Shown: positions 1 through 13,820 of the stretch, one piece after another | Position numbering within the stretch: the stretch's first letter is position 1 | Layout: the number at the start of each line of letters is the position of its first letter | DNA from: Lingula anatina | Taxonomy: Eukaryota; Animalia; Brachiopoda | DNA length: 64,000 nt | Assembly (NCBI GenBank): GCA_051362555.1 | Contig: CM120641.1 | Location: 7,192,001 to 7,256,000 of the forward strand | Direction of reading: 5' to 3' | Notes under the pieces: model-generated | The model's database searches: none | What the model was told of the DNA's origin: nothing | The model's input: the letters and a program-made list of their open reading frames with translations, nothing else | Position numbers and translations under genes: made by a program

Positions 1-40
1 CAAAATCTTGACCAAATTCTGTATATTTCCAAAGTTCCAG

Positions 41-1426
41 ACACAGATATTCCATTTTCCTTGCTGCAACTGATCACAAAATGGGTGGAGCAGGATCCAA
101 CACTCTGCTTACAACTGCTGCCACCTGTTAGTCACTCCCTCAAGACAAGCAGTGCCAAATCTGTTGTACTGCATACACCTATTCTAGGACTTCTTGCTTG
201 GTCAGTAGTGATTCCTATAAAGAAAGAACTAAGGACTTTACGCCAGAATGAGCAACAAAGTAATGGGACCAAGACCATTGATTCTCAGGCTGTGCGTTTG
301 GTATCAGACAGTGAATTTTCTGCTGAAACTTTGTGCTCCAGGCTCCATTTGGGCCTCTTGAAGACAATTTTAGTGATTGGTTCATCTCCTCAGCACATCC
401 AAATACATTTACACATCCAGGATGTGCTCAGTTTAGCCCAGGAGGTGGCGACACTGAGCTCTGGGAGGACAGGACTGAAGACTGTGCTTAGTGGGGCTGA
501 AAGGCTGCTTCAAGCACTCCAGGTGGCTATGTATGTGAAGGCTTGCAGATGCCAAGCAGGTAAGGGAAGGTTTTTCCCCTAATATTTAAGCAAAATACGG
601 TATTGACTCAAACCTTTAAATGGAGAAATTATCAATTATTCAAAAATGTGATTTTGGAATCATTAAATGTAGCATTTGTGGTGCTTTTCCTGCATAGAAT
701 AGAACTTTAATTTTTTTTAATTTATGGGTTTAAAAATACAGTATCTGTAAAATTGACAAATATTTCCTTTGAAAATATTGAGTTATTGTTGTAAATTAAA
801 TATGTGCAGTAAATTTTGAAAATTTGAATATGAAATATGGTGACATACATTTCATTCTTAAGTATCTTGGAAAGTCAATTGTTAATGGTTAGTGCTAACT
901 GCATATTAGATTATCGTTGGTTAATATTCTATTTTCATTTTTGCTGAAAGTGAAATAGTTCAATAACAAACTTCTTTTTTTATTTATTCTATACTTTCTT
1001 GTTTTTTTCAGAAGATTTGAAAAACCTTGGGAGGACACTTCCAACAACCAGGTAAATGATCTTTTCTGAGTGTAGATATGTCTTTAAACATATCAAAATA
1101 ATTATATCTATAATACCATATTACACACCTTGCACAAATACAAACTTCTTTGAAAAAACACAGTTGTTCAGCTGTTTTGGTTTTTTATTTTTTTATTCAT
1201 TATTATTTTTATTAAGTATTCTCTTCTCTGAAATCTGAATTGATATTGAAAATAAGGAGTTATGCTCAACTCAATAACCAGTTAAAAGTAATTGAAGTGT
1301 TTGATAAGATCTTATGTAAAGAACCACTTGTATGTTAATAATAATTAATTACATTTCAGATTACTTGATATTCTGCTTCAAAGATTGAGCTCCACATCTG
1401 CATCACATGAACCTATGGAACATTGA
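41..1426 (+). CDS. INTS15: Integrator complex subunit 15 (C7orf26) homolog, last three coding exons (5' part lies outside the window)
   Basis: Exons 41(or 35)-559, 1012-1051 and 1360-1426 (TGA) join in frame via GT-AG. Motifs LLQLITKWVEQDP, TPILGLLAWSV, SRLHLGLLK, ERLLQALQVAM and EDLKNLGRTLP parallel recalled human C7orf26 (LLEMIVTWIFEDP, TPLVGLIRWCV, SKLHLSVLQ, DRLAQALQVAM, DDLRTLCSRLP). Confidence 0.85.
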
Positions 1427-3816
1427 ACACCATCAGGGGCAAATAAGAGAAATAGGATTTCTCTAGTTCAAGTTATCATCAAATTTTTGGCCCAAGTTAT
1501 AAAATGAACTCAACAACAATGTGCTTTTTTATGTTATGTTTAAACACTATATCAAGGACACTTGTAAATAAATCTATTTACCATCGAGTGGATAGCCTTG
1601 CAATTTGTTCTTTTTTGAGAAATATACAAGATAAAAATACAATTTTTGATCATACAAGGCCATTGGGAAAGTTTTTCTCTGGTCCACTCTTGAGTAACAA
1701 TTTTACATTATTTTTCCACAACATTTGCTTAACTAATAGACATCGAAGTAAGTATATAAAAAGATTTGTAAGGTTATTGACACCAAATGAGATCAGTCGC
1801 ACAGGGCTTAGGTCACCGTCTATTTATCAAGTCGTGATTGTCAAATATCCGGAGATTTCCAGACAAATATTCGGACATTTCCGGAGACTTACTCAAACAT
1901 GTTATTTCATGCATATGCGTTTAGAGGTTAAATATTCAGTTGTCCACTTGGGAAGACTTGGTATTTAGAATATGTTGAAATGTCTTTTAAAAATAGATTT
2001 CCAAAAGCTGCCAGTTTGAAATTTCTGAAGGGTTTTCATCACATATTTCTGAATCAATTAAATCTGTAACTCTGTTCTAATTGGTCTTTGAACGACCTTG
2101 GTCAAAATAAAATTTGTTTTTAAAATCCAATGTTTTTGACATGGTGGTTGTAGATGGATAGATATTTATTTTCTGGGCAATTTCAACTTTATTAATGGAG
2201 CCTCATGAGCCTAATCCTCGAGATCCCCGAAGCTCGTGGGTTCCTACCAGTACTGTAGACCCTATGCCGCGTGAAGTTAAGTGCACGCGTACTTTGCTGA
2301 CTGCCCTAGGGCAATGTTTACCGAACCTAACGATGACCTTGGAAAGACGCTCATTGTGCAAAACGCAATAAAACTAGAAAAAATGTCCACGAGGACATTT
2401 TTTTTACTCGAGCATGAATAGTGCATGTAGAAGTCACAATTGTCATGCGTACTTTTCGCCGTTTATCTTTTTAAAGATCCAAGTACGATATCATCCTTGA
2501 CTGTCGTCAATTAATGCCACAGTTAGGTATTACATAATAAGGCACTGTCATCTATGCCTAAATATTTGCCAAACTAACGTGTTGGCAAACACAATTTCAT
2601 TAAATATCTGGCAACAAATAACCGCTGAACAGTCTTATTTCAGAAATATTTCTCGGCGGATATTGTTAAAACAACAACTCCAATAGATTGCAATGAGCTA
2701 TTTTCACAAAGGATATATCCATATGGAAAACAATAGCTGTTCTGTGTACAGTCTCTTTTTGATAACAACAAATGTGACGAAGACCCGCGTTTAAGAAAGA
2801 ATAAAACCGACAACGATCAGATAACTTGGAGCAAAACTATGGTTTGATGCAGCCGTATGATAAACGGGGCTGTTGGTGATCAACTTTTGCGATCGTACAT
2901 TGCCATCAACAAAGACTATTGAACAAAAAAGGTATGGAATAACCGAGTTTTGATGAAGGTTTCGGAATTTCAACAAAATGTGACATTAACTTTTATTAAG
3001 TTTGTTAAATTTAGTCACGGTTCCTGCTGGATGCAATAAGAGATTGTAATTAGATTACGTCAATTTGAGTACCACCGCATGCAGTTATTTACATCCTCTG
3101 TTCGGACCAGGAACAATTGTTCGTACTCTCACAAAGCAAATTTTGCGCTGAATTATCACTATATAAAATAAATTTGTATTGGAAAAAATTATCAGAATGA
3201 TGCATCAGTGATGTAAAAAATAGATGATTTAAAAAATCAAAATTCGTTGTAATGCACCAAGGCTAGAAATGATGACCGAGCGATCATACTTAATTTTACT
3301 TTGACTGAACATTATTTAAAATTCAGTTTTAAAAACCTCAATATTGGATTCAACGTTTGGAATTAAAGAGTCAACCCTGCCCTTAGCATTCATAAGTTGA
3401 GGGTGAAGTATTTGAAAAATACTAAGAATTCGTTATCAAAGTTGGTTTTGTGCCTATAATTTGAGCCATGTCTCAAAAAAAAAAAAAAAAAAAAAAAAGA
3501 ATATAACCACTTATAGGCCTCCTCTATTGTAGCAAAACATATACTATCAGTAAATTTGAAAACAATGGTTCTATTGATCAAACTTACGTGGATTGTTTTG
3601 TTCGTTGGAAGCTCAGTACAAACAGTTGTGTTCATCTTGCAGTATATGGTTTAAGATAGTAATAAGGGTTGAACCACGATTTTATGTACTTGTTATTTAT
3701 ACCTTTGTCACTTCCGATCAACTAGATTAATTTTGGAAAATCCATACTTCACATACATGCATAATTCACATAAATGATCCAAAGAAAACTCTTTTTTAGG
3801 GAAGTATTGAGACAAA

Positions 3817-3922
3817 ATGAAATTTATTGCGGTCTTTACGCTTGCTTCTGCACTTCATCTGATCACGGGTAGGTTCACAATTCCTTTTATACGCTTTGCA
3901 AGTTAATAAGGCACAGGTTTGA

Positions 3923-3963
<41 letters not shown>

Positions 3964-6900
3964 TGATAATCATCAATCAATATTAATATTTCCATTGATA
4001 TTATTGACAAAAATAACAATGACAGTATTCTTGAAACAAGCTGTGCACGCTTGTCGGTGGTATATTGACCAAAGTAAGACAAAGACTTCAACTAAATACC
4101 AAACAATCTTAAAAACATTTCATCCAAACCATCAAATTAATGTAATTTGTAATCCTTTCTTGGTATTTTAATTATTGTCGCTTTTGTCTCTCTTTCACCC
4201 TTAGCTGCTCCGGACAATCGAGGCACCGAATTTTTACTAATGTTCGGAGAAAACCTAATTATCAGCGGGGAGGACTTCCTTTTGGAGCTTTTTGTTACCA
4301 CCTCCTCTACTGACGTGGTGTTTGTAAGTATCATCATATTTCTTATCACCAGCGTCACTTGAATTGTTCTTTTCAGCTGGTTTCACCTGGAATACGTCAT
4401 TCCAAACCCTGATGTGACTCTCAATAATTTCTCGAAGAAGACGCATTGAAAAAAGGCGCGTAGTAATTTACCAAAGCAACAAAGTGTTTCAAGATCAGTG
4501 TCCAAGCACCTTTGAAATACTTCCATAAGTAACAAGACAATATACCTGTGTGCATGTACCGGGTTTTATATGTAGAGCGTATGGTGCGTGTGCAATAACC
4601 TCAATAATTTGTACACGGTTCTTTACGTGTTTAAATTTGCTAAGACGTACGCCGTGGACGACGACGCCCACTTAATGACCGAATTTGTTTCTTTTTTGTT
4701 ACAGTTCAACGTGAGCACTCCTCAATGGGTCCATAGCGACAGCGTTCACATGGAGCTCAACGTGACCAGCGGTCAGGTGCGGCAGATATTTCTTCCGCAA
4801 AACTTGCGACATTTCGGCTTCGAGAAAGCGTCAAAGGCCGTTTGGGTATCTGCTACGGATGAGGTGGCTGTATACGGTATCAACAAACAAAAGAATTCCT
4901 GTGACGGATTCTTAGGTCTACCGACCGATGTATTAGGAAAGCAATATTTTACGGTGTCATATTCACCTGCCAAGCGCCGCTGTCAATTTGGTAAGTCTTC
5001 GAGAAACATTTGTCGACTGCAGAAATAGTGAATTCGCTGAAATAATAATAAAATCCGCTTTGGGTTTTGTGGATACCAACTTGCAAGAAACTGATCTCAA
5101 GATTAAAAGATAAAGTTTATGTGTTATTGTCGGGACATGCTTTATCAAGATCAATTTTGATGGCGTTTCGAAACATTGCATAGAACAAAGTCAACATAAT
5201 ATTTTACATGTGCTCAAAATACTTTAGACAAGCGCTTTTATTTACTGATATTATATGTTTGGCTCATCCTTTTGAAATTATTTGCCAACTCTCGTAAATG
5301 AAACCTTAGAGCATGATTTATAATTCCTGCGATTATTTTTCCAATTTATTTATTTATGTATTTATTTATTTAACTATTAATTAATTAGTTAATTTTTAAG
5401 TAGGCATTTTACTAATTACTAAATTTTACTAAATTCTTCCTGTCAATTATTCTAATTTTGATGAAAAAATGAAAGAGAAAACTTTTTCTTCGGTTGTTTC
5501 GTTACAATGGGCAAACTTGGACATTTGACCTGGCAGAGTGCAATCCGCTGTTGCTATCGCTTTTTCTCTGAACATTTATCATTTTGTAATTATAAATTAC
5601 TTGTGTGTCGGACACATATATATGGTCACTGTTCAGTCAGCGTTTTTATTTCCCAGGAATCGTTGCAACCGAAGACAACACGAACATTAACGTGACACTA
5701 GGCCACCAGCAACACCCAGTAGGCAGCGCTACGAATGTGGCGTATGAAGGAGTGAATTATGCCAATGGGGATGTCATGCACGTGGTATTAAACAGATTCG
5801 AGACCATTCAGTTCCAGGCCTCAAATGAATACGACCTAACAGGGTCATATATAGACGCCGACAAACCCGTGGCTGTATTCAGCGGGAATCTGAAAACCAA
5901 TGTCGGCGATGGAAGTAGCCAAGACCACTTAGTCGAACAACTGATGCCTGTCGAAAGTTGGGGCAAGAAGTTTGCCACTGTTCCAATACCTGGTAGAGAT
6001 ATCTACAAACTAGGAGACGTGTTCAGGTTTGTTGCCAGTGTGGCAAATACTACGATTTCAATGACAGGGATTTCAGACCAAGGGACCGTACAGTTAAATT
6101 TACCGAACGCTGGCAGTTTCATCGAACATGTCATCGGGTTTAACACAAGTAATACATACACCCTCATTGAAAGCAACCATCCAATTCTAGTGGTTCAAAT
6201 TGTTCAAAGTCAAGTGAAAAATAATGAACCAGCAGATCCCACCATGATCCTGATACCGCCTATAGAACAGTACGCCTCGGAGTATGCTTTCGCAACACCG
6301 AAGTACAGCAGGGGATCATACGAAAACTATCTATTGTTGATAGCTAAAAGCTCAGAAGCTAGCGGCATCCGCTTGGACACTGCCCCGCTTGAGAATGACG
6401 TAGTATGGCACGCGATCCCGGGGACTGACTATCAAGGTGCTACGGTCTTGGTAGCCGAGGGAACGCACATCATAAACCATGTTTCACCTATCAGTTTGTT
6501 TGGAGTTTTTATGTTTGGAACAGCACGCCTTGAAACTTACGGATTTCCTGGAGGCATGCGTATAGCACCTATTAATGCGGTAAATACATCAAAATTTAAA
6601 TGGTCGTTTTTTAATAGGCAACACAACGCGCCTCAGAACACGCTTTAACCATTTTCCGAGCTTGAAGCTAAAATCATCAACAATCTCTGGTGTAGATTTA
6701 AGTAATGACACTTTAAACTTTCAATGATGTTTGAACATAATTTTCAACTGTCGTGTTCTGTCATTCAAAGTTTACCATCGTTATCATTTCATATCTCTCT
6801 TCCACAGGCCTGCGTACCCTCCACAATGGTAGGGGCAGATGGTTTTGACAACGACTGCGATGGAAGAATCGACGAGGAACTGTGTGATAACAATATCGGT

Positions 6901-8812
6901 GGGCTTTTATTAATATCATTGTTTTTCATTAATCGAATTAATCAGAAATTAACTGCTCACTCCTACACTGTCTTTGCAGAAAGTTTAATTAACTGTGAAG
7001 AAAGAAGAACGCAACTAAAATTTGGAATATGCAGTCAATATGTTTGCATTATGTTTCTGCAAAAACCACAAACGCTTCAAAGTGCAAAGAAATCCCTGTG
7101 CAATATATTATAGCACTGTATTACGTATGTTTAATTATCTATCGTAGATGATGATAATGACGGGCTGCAGGACGAAGATTGTGCAAATGAAAAGAGTACA
7201 AGTAAGTATAAGTATATTGTTGTAACCAAACACCTTGTAGATGGGTAAAACGGTATTATGTACAAGTACCAAGAAACACTTTTGACTCGTGTCCGTAATT
7301 GTAATCTTGAAAATTGAGAGAAGTGAGAGGAGTATTAATAATGTTCGTGAAAAAAACTAGTTTCGAAGGACAATGAAGTATTTGATCTTAAAGATATAAT
7401 AATTTTCAATGCGGTTCATATTGGAATTTGAGAGCAGTCGAATACATGTAATATTGGAACAAACGTCTTAATAAATCAATTAACACGAAGTTCACGGCAA
7501 TTATATTCCCAATGTTTGGTTTGAAGCTCTTACCACGAATGAAATAGTGACTTCGACGGTTGAGGCCCCAGCTACGACTGTTGAGGCTACGACGACTACA
7601 GAAGCGCCAACCACGACCACTGAGACAGCAACTATGACCACAGAAGCGCCAACTACGATTGTTGAGGCTACGACGACTACAGAAGCGCCAACTACGACCA
7701 GTGAGGCAGCTACCACGTCTACAGGAGCGCTGACTTCGACTGCTAAGCCTTCTACTACGACTACAGAAGAGCCAACCACGACCACTGAAGCAGCTACTAC
7801 AACTACAGAAGCGCTGACTTCGACTTCTAAGCCATCTACAGAAGCGCCAACTACGATTGTTGAGGCAACGACGACTACAGAAGCGCTTACTACGACCAGT
7901 GAGGCAGCTACTACGATTACAAGAGCGCTGACTTCGACTGCTAAGCCTTCTACTACGACTACAGAAGAGCCAACCACGACCACTGAGGTAGCTACTACGA
8001 CTACAGAAGCGCCAACTACGACCACAGTGTCGCCAACCACAACTACTGAACCAGTTACTACAACCACAGAAGCGCAAACTACACTTATAATGTCGCCAAC
8101 TACGAACACAGAAGCGCCAATTGCGACTACCGAGGCGCCCACAATGACTCCTGAGGCAACCTGGACGACTACTAGTGCGGTTACAACTACTAAGTCTATT
8201 ACTATTACTGAGGCATCGACTTCTACCATTGAAGTAACTAGTGTAAGAACTTCTAACGCAGCTACCACAAACACCGAGACAGATACTGCGGTTACTACAG
8301 CAGCAAGTAAAACTACTACTTTCACAGAGGCAAGAGAAACTGGCTCTCGTGTCAGATCTACGACGCCCATTGTCTCTAACGGCACTTCAGCATTCCTCGC
8401 CACCAAAGAAGTTTCTACTGTGACAACCAATATGAATACAGATGCTGTGTATGTGACAGCTGCGGAGGACTTGAGGACTTCAGCTGCAGCAGAAAGCACC
8501 TCTGAAACACAGACCACTGACACCAAAGGTTCTAATGATAGTGTAAGCATTTCAGCTGAAACAACACCGGCAGCCGCCACGCAGGCAGCGCAGCCACTTG
8601 GCGTCGCCAACAAACAGTTTCGCATAATGAACGATGATGGATCCCTTACGGCTGATGGCATCTCTGTTGTCACAGTCAGTGTGGTACCAGCCGTAAGCCT
8701 GGCTGTTGCACTTGCGATTGGCTGTTGTTATTTCTTAGCAGCAGGAAAGGTTCATCCCAGAGAGGATGATGATGAGGAGGAGCAGGAGGAAGAAGACACC
8801 GTTTTGGTGTAG
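3817..8812 (+). CDS. IgGFc-binding (FCGBP N-terminal) domain type I transmembrane mucin-like protein, copy A (~936 aa, short tail)
   Basis: Exons 3817-3868 (signal peptide MKFIAVFTLASALHLIT), 4205-4323 (PDNRGTEFLLMF), 4705-4990 (DGFLGLPTDVLGKQY), 5657-6579 (DLTGSYIDADKPVAVFSGN, DHLVEQLMPVESWG, ETYGFPGG), 6808-6898 (DNDCDGRIDEE), 7148-7201 and 7527-8812 (Thr-rich stalk, TM ISVVTVSVVPAVSLAVALAIGCCYFLAA, acidic tail). All introns are GT-AG; total 2811 nt in frame. Confidence 0.9.
3924..3963. repeat. (AAT)n microsatellite in intron
   Basis: Direct read of ataataataat... run. Confidence 0.95.
7560..8150 (+). repeat. Coding mucin-type tandem repeats (TTTTEAP/TEAATT, ~21-nt units) with a ~198-bp higher-order duplication
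   Basis: acagaagcgccaactacgattgttgaggc recurs at ~7640 and ~7838; the protein repeats TEAPTTIVEATTTTEA...TSTAKPSTTTTEEPTTTTE. Confidence 0.9.
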
Positions 8813-10465
8813 ACACACGAATTACAAATTGAGAAAAGATTAATTTTTTTTTTATACTGTGTGAAAACAAAATTTCCAAGTGATGACCTTCCAATTTAAT
8901 TGTTCTTAAGATGAAAATGCATTATAGAGAATCACTTTACTGTTGATATATTTTTTAATATTGTCATAAAAGTCAAAAAAGAGTGGTAATATGTATACTT
9001 TATTATCAAATAAATCTATTTACAGATTGTAGCGTTTAATCATTGAAATATCCTAGACAATTGGTTATGATACAGAATTTAAATGTGGAACTACAGAGAC
9101 ATTTATCAAAGCTCAAGTCACAACTGTATACATACAAACATTCATACGTGTTGCATTATACCATGAAAATAATAACAATAGAACAAAACATTATCTGCTG
9201 TATTATGGACCTATGCTTTGCAATGCAGCACTTCCCTCCTCTTTCAAGATTATCTTTCATTTTGTCACACTATCTTTATTTGAGCTTGCTTATTATCAAA
9301 CACAAAAACACACCGGTTGCAGTAGAAGAGTCTCTGAGCGAATAGCAACATCTCTTGAGCAAATAGTTGGTGTCTGCTTTAATAACCAGAAAATGTTGAA
9401 TATTCAATACCCACAAAAGTATGTTAATATAACATTTTTATGATTAAAGTTCATTCTCAGATACTGTGGTGATTCCCTTAACCACCAACAACCATTAGAT
9501 AGACTGGACAAATATGAAGTTCTGAGACATCTGCACTGACACCATACATGTATAGAGATTATGAAATAAGGATATCACAGGCATATACTGCATAGTTAAA
9601 TCTAGTCTATAAAGAGAGTGACTGCAGGTTTTAAGAAATGGAATAGGTACTTACATCTTTATAAAAAATCTCCATATACACATGAAATGTACACTGAGAA
9701 GCAAAAGCAAATTTGTGAATGTGGTAGGTAAAATAATAAAGAATTTGGTATATAATATGTGCTATAAAAACACAACAGTATATAAGCTGGACTGTGTGCA
9801 TTTCCTGCACAAAAAAGTAATCTGATTTGTGTTACGTGTGCTAAAAAGATTTCAAATAAACCAATATAATATGACATTGAGACACAATCCCTGAGATCCT
9901 CAATTTGGGTGGGTTTCTACTGACTCCAATTTATATCAGTGGGGGATTTCTACGTCATTGAAGACATACACAATAAGGTTTCAATATATTATCTTTACAT
10001 TGATTTTACAACAGTATTAACTCCTCACATTCCCATGGGCTGTTTAAAAAGCTTCATTGTTGAACTACTTTCAACAATAGCCCAAACCCTAGAATCACAA
10101 CTGTTCACTTGCGCTCAGTGGAGTGTTTATAATTTCTGAACTACCCCCACCCCATCCACTAAGATTGTCCTGCATTCAGATACTGATAAGGATCAGCTCT
10201 GCTTTCCTAACATACGATACTGGATACCACAAAGTATGTTTAACAATACTTATTTACACAATATTGTTTATGTATTCATTTATTTTGTGTTTGTTTTTAG
10301 GGGCAATCCACATCAATGCCTCACTACACTATGGGTAGTAAACTCCTAGGTATATTGAGCTCATGGTAATCCTAGAGTATAAGGATATCAGAGATCTAGA
10401 CAAATTGCGTCACTCACCATCTAAATAAACAATCCCATTATTTTGAAATGTGTGTGTAAAAGCTA

Positions 10466-13195
10466 TTAGCTGTCTATCTTGACAAACACTTTTGGTCTGG
10501 AGAATATCTTGATTGCCTCCTCTACTTCTGCCATTTTGGTTTCTAGCTCCTCCTTTTTTGTTCTTACCCTCAAGGTGTCAGACCTAATGGGTAGTGAATT
10601 CAGCTGTCGCAGCAGTTCTGCTTGTGCTGAAGAGCAATGTAAATGATATATTGGCATTATAAATTTGCATACTAGAGTTACTGAAACATGTAGCTAAAAC
10701 ACTATTTAAATGAGTGTTTTCAATTCAAGAACATTAAGTAGCTTGTATATAGCAATATGACCCAACAATTTTCTCACTTACAGCAGTACAATAATTTAAA
10801 AATACCTATAACTTTAATACAGACCCTATGTAATTTTGCATTAACCTCTATAAATTTCTAGACACACCTCTCACCACTACATACACATTCTGTCCTATTA
10901 CAAAAACTCACAATTCTAAAATAAATTAATCAAAAGCATTTCAGACTAACTAAACAATTGAACATCCATGACTTAGTTAAGTTTGAGACCTATCCCCTTA
11001 AAGCACACATACTCTCTTTAAGCTGGCCCAGAGTGACCAGCCTCTCCTCCTTGGGCATGAGTTTGTGTCCTGGGGGGAGGTCAGGGTCTGGACGGTTTTT
11101 AATGCGGTCCTCTATCTCCTTTTTCCATTGCTGTTTACGGTCTTGCAAGCTAAAAAAACATTGAATGGTTTGAGTAATGGAGTAATGCAAAAAAAAAAAA
11201 AAATCTCCAAAACTATCTATGTATATTTAAGCCAATGTTAGAAACAAGTTTGAGGTCCTGTTCAAAAGACAAATCATTTTAACATAAGGTTGTGTTTTTA
11301 CTTCAGAAAGCAGACACTTGCAATTTCCCTTCAACCTTGCTGCTCTCCAAACTTACCATTTAGCTCCAGTAAAAATACAACTTAATCAAGTTAATGTTAC
11401 AAAAATCCTAAACCCCATCTTCTAAAATTCAGAAGCCAAAAACTTAGTAACAAAAAAGGTGTTCATAAATTACACATTTACACTTGGTGGTTTAATGCAA
11501 CTTAAAAGTAAAAAATTGCCCTTACTATTTAGGAACTTTCCCTCTTTCATATTGTTGTAATTCCTCTTCTTTTTTCTTCTTCAGATCATCCAATGCAGTG
11601 AGGCTAGGGGCTCGCTTCATTTGAGAGTACTTAGCATTGTGACCATTGATTCTGATGAAGTCAAAATTGTTTCTTTTAAGCGTCTGAAACAATTAGGTAT
11701 CATGTAACTTTCTGCAGATGGAATGACTAAAATTAAGACTAAACATAAATATAAGAATGTTTTTTTTTTAGAAAAGATTTAAGGGTAGTGAAAAGAAAAA
11801 CATTTTTTGCATCATAAAATAAAATAGAAAGAAAATATATCTCAAAATTGTTCAACAAGCATATCAAAATGAGTAAACTTGTTTTTAAAATAGCATAGTC
11901 ACTTATAAATTGTCAATTAGCATAGTAGATTATGATCTTTATCCGCCAATTGGTAAAGCATAATACTGACTGATGAAGCTCTTCCTGATTTTATGACCAA
12001 TCAAAGAAAAGTTAACAAATTAGCAATCAAACAACAGCAAAGTCGGATAAAAGTGATGCTGCAACTTTTTTTGTAATCATGGAGGACATTTATATTCAGG
12101 CATCAAATTGTATAATTAAACAATCACAGACTTTGGCAGAGGTCAATATGTTGCTTTGAAGACCCCAGAAAAGTAACATCAACAAAATCAGCATTCCTTT
12201 AGTATACGTACATCAGCAGCACTAGATGGTCTTGGTATTGGAGACTTTCCACGGTGCTCAGGTGCCTGGCACCGTACGGGGGATGGTGCACGTGGTTCCT
12301 TAGATATAGCACCACATCGTGAATGTGATCGTAAGAAATTTGCTGAATGTGGCCTTGGTGCAGGTGGTTCTTTCTAAGGAGATAAACACATAGCATTACC
12401 AGAAATATTCCTTGCTCAAGTAAATCCTGATTCAAAGTAAAAGACACTTGTGGATAACATAAAATTTAAATATTTGATAAAACTATATAGGTCCATATTT
12501 ATACCGGTATTAACCATAATATTTCATTTGGTATAAATTCCTATAAATCTACAAAATTTAACATGAAAAGTTGGAATTCAGCTTGCCTCTAACTCTTCAA
12601 CAACTTTGGACTGGACATCTTTAAATTTTTCAGACTTCCACAGGGCTTTGACTGGAGTTGGTGGCTGGGCTGCCTCCTGTTCCTTTTTCCTTGACTTTCT
12701 CTGTATCTGCCTCATCCTTTTCACATTCTCAGAAAAGTGGTCTTTAGGTGGATCATCTGTGAAAATTTAAAAAAAAAAAAATAGATCATCAGCAATGTAC
12801 AACAAGGTCACTTCTAAATTAACACAAGGACTGAATCTACAAATTACTATCATCATTCAACATATTGTGAAATTTTTATAACCACCATTTTTACATGTGA
12901 CATAATCAATATAACTTTTCAGGAAAAAAACCAAGTTCATAAAGTTTACTAGTACTTTCTCTCATCCACGGACAACAACAACACACCCATACTTACTCTT
13001 TTTCCACTTTGATGGTCCCACAGCCTTGCCTGTTATCCCCAGCATAAAACCTATAGAGCCTCCCTGTTGGGCAGTGGCTATGTGGGAGGCCTCTGGCTTC
13101 ACCCTGGGCACTGGACGGCTGACATAACTCTCTGGACGGCGGTCATCATACATAGGATCACGGCCAATAGGATTCCGTGTCATATAAGAAGTCAT
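10466..13195 (-). CDS. ENKD1: Enkurin domain-containing protein 1 (~328 aa)
   Basis: Exons 13195-12997, 12756-12587, 12373-12212, 11683-11526, 11149-11013 and 10626-10466 total 987 nt in frame. Motifs KDHFSENVKRMRQIQ, KALWKSEKF, NFLRSHSRCG, GKVPKYL, PDPDLPPGHKLMPKEER and EEAIKIFSRPKVFV (enkurin domain). A likely 5'UTR intron runs from the donor at 15006 to the acceptor at 13257. Confidence 0.93.
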
Positions 13196-13820
13196 CCTGG
13201 TTTGTTTTTTTTTTTCTCTTCTTTTTTCTAACCTGGATTAATCTGGATGAGGACAGCTATAAAATGAAGAAAGAGGGCTAAAAATCAAAACTAATGTACA
13301 TGTATGTATGTAATCTTTAAGATCCAAATCTCATATATCCTATTAAGCTGGCAATTAAAGGAGAAAAAATTAAAAAAAAAAAAGAACACGGTAGGTTCAT
13401 CCATGTGTTGAAATGTAATTTGACACTGATTTTACATCAAAATTATCAATAAAAATTCTGTATTAACACATGAATTTTACCGAGAAATATCCCCATTATA
13501 GTAAATATATAATGAGGTAGGAAACAAACAAGCCACATCAATGCACTAGCTGAGTAAAGCAGAACAGGTGAATAACAACGGACCATTCACAGAACAGTTC
13601 ATACACACATCTGCTGCATGTACAATCGGTCAGGATGGATGATTCACGCAGAATGGACCGTACACGTGACAGGGGTATAATTTGGGGCTTTACATACAGG
13701 TAATATCATAACTCTGCTGGGGAGAGTAACCATGCATGCAGAGAAGTAACAACATGGAGGAGTAAGGATGTGGAGACATAAAGTGATGACCCCCTTGACC
13801 AGAGGGATGATACTTGGATA

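Noticed and set aside
1504-1968. 154-aa ORF after INTS15
   Set aside because: Lies in 3'UTR/repeat-like DNA (ccggagatttcc sub-repeats), has low-complexity composition and no splice or homology support.
2378-2403. 11-bp hairpin AAAAAATGTCC-ACGA-GGACATTTTTT, possible Helentron-type end
   Set aside because: No partner terminus or boundaries could be defined; too weak to call.
7406-8673. Long Val-rich and Arg/Cys-rich minus-strand ORFs (390 aa, 223 aa)
   Set aside because: Antisense shadows of the Thr-rich mucin exon of copy A.
11970-12010. CTGATGA hammerhead-core word in an ENKD1 intron
   Set aside because: No closing stem II before GAAA.
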